This document shows positions 62,981 to 64,000 of a stretch of DNA of 64,000 nt, in pieces. Position numbers and translations under genes: made by a program. Below the pieces are notes generated by a model, which did not search any database, was not told the origin of the DNA, and saw only the letters and a list, made by a program, of their open reading frames with translations. Position 1 is the first letter of the stretch. Each line of letters opens with the position of its first letter. Origin of the DNA: Blastocladiella emersonii ATCC 22665 (Eukaryota; Fungi; Blastocladiomycota); assembly GCA_025594325.1 (NCBI GenBank), contig JANHCV010000001.1, forward strand, positions 558,001 through 622,000, read 5' to 3'.

Positions 62981-64000
62981 TCACCCGTCCGACCCAAACA
63001 CGCCCGCGAGCGCGCGCAGCACCTCGTCGAGCGGGACCGTGACGTTGCGGTGGGCGAGTTCGGGGACCACGTCCTTCTTGAGCAGCCACTCGAGCGGCGG
63101 CGTGGCCTCGCCCATCATCTTGAGCCGCGGCGCGAGGACCGCGGGCTCGACGGGGACAAATGTCCACGGCGACGCCGTGTCGCCGTCGTCGCCCGTCGCA
63201 ATCACCTGCAGCGTCTTGCGCGTGCGCGCGATCTCGCTCTCGTACAGCGCCAGCACGTCCTGCAGGTTGCGGTACAGGATCATGTTGAGGGCGAGGTCGA
63301 TGAGCCCGTCGAACTGCGTCACGAACACGTGCCGCACCGTCCAGTCGGCGGACGTCGTCCACGTCGACATGGTCAGGTCCGACTTTGGCACCTGCGCGAT
63401 CAGCTTGGTCGTACGCGCGCTCGACGCGGTTGTCGAAGTGGCAACGCCTGGCGCAGCGGCGCCACTTGGTGGTGCAGTCACTGCGCCAGTCCCGGGTGTC
63501 GCGACAGTCCCACGCGCACGCGCGACCCACGCCTGGACCGAGTCGGGCGTCCACCCCGCCGCCGCGTTTCCCTCGGCGGCGGCGAGCGTCACCTTGGTCA
63601 GCTTGAGCTTGTCGAGGTGCGCCTTGAGCACGCGCGGCGTCGGGTTGCCTGCGTTGACCGTGAGGTGCACAAGCGTGCGGTCGAGCGACGCGACCATATG
63701 GTCGGCGTCGAGCAGCGACTCGCCGTAGACGTGGACCGACGCGTAGCCCAGCAGGAACGTGATGTGCCCGCTGAATTCTGAGTTGGTGGTTGAGGGTGGC
63801 GGCTGGTGGACGACGAGGTGCGGCGGGCGCGGTAGACTCCCACTTGTATCGGCGGCAGGAACATCAGGAAGCACGCCGAGCGAGAGCCCGAGCACGTCGC
63901 GCACGCGGTGCTGGATGTTGAGGAACGCCGGGACCGTGCGCGCGGACGTGAGCAGGGTCACGTCGCCAACGCGCACATCGAGGCCGACCGAGGACCCCGC
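62981..64000 (-). CDS. 3' end of a CSF1/BLTP1 (KIAA1109-like) bridge-like lipid transfer protein; gene extends beyond the window
   Basis: The open frame ends LAPRLKMMGEATPPLEWLLKKDVVPELAHRNVTVPLDEVL, resembling the fungal Csf1 C-terminus (P.LK..G.ATPP.EW) as recalled, not searched. Confidence 0.65.
   Translation of the reverse strand, partial: AGSSVGLDVRVGDVTLLTSARTVPAFLNIQHRVRDVLGLSLGVLPDVPAADTSGSLPRPPHLVVHQPPPSTTNSEFSGHITFLLGYASVHVYGESLLDADHMVASLDRTLVHLTVNAGNPTPRVLKAHLDKLKLTKVTLAAAEGNAAAGWTPDSVQAWVARARGTVATPGTGAVTAPPSGAAAPGVATSTTASSARTTKLIAQVPKSDLTMSTWTTSADWTVRHVFVTQFDGLIDLALNMILYRNLQDVLALYESEIARTRKTLQVIATGDDGDTASPWTFVPVEPAVLAPRLKMMGEATPPLEWLLKKDVVPELAHRNVTVPLDEVLRALAGVFGSDG

Overview
GC-rich eukaryotic DNA with short GT(A)CG...CTRAC...AG introns. 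The gene content (FAM184, class II RNR, CNG-like channel) points to a zoosporic fungus, probably Blastocladiomycota (inference). A core block of ordinary genes lies at about 9.2-43.7 kb: cNMP-gated channel-like protein, RRN3, B12-dependent class II ribonucleotide reductase, FAM184-like, BTB paralogs, MADS-box TF, PRP43 and a SpoU methyltransferase. It is flanked by transposon- and pseudogene-rich DNA. The main structure is two inverted copies of a 3.75-kb non-autonomous DNA transposon (4043-7792 and 57967-61707) that appear identical over 3,380 bp. Their flanks are swapped: joining the reverse complement of the left inner flank to the right outer flank rebuilds a 2-bp target site and a contiguous repeat that matches two intact paralogs in the window. 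The ~50-kb interval between them has therefore been inverted. Also present are related CATC-ended elements with AGATCT subterminal arrays, a non-autonomous LTR element with a candidate self-priming site, Helitron2-like ends, and the 3' end of a CSF1/BLTP1-like gene. All identity estimates were made by eye.
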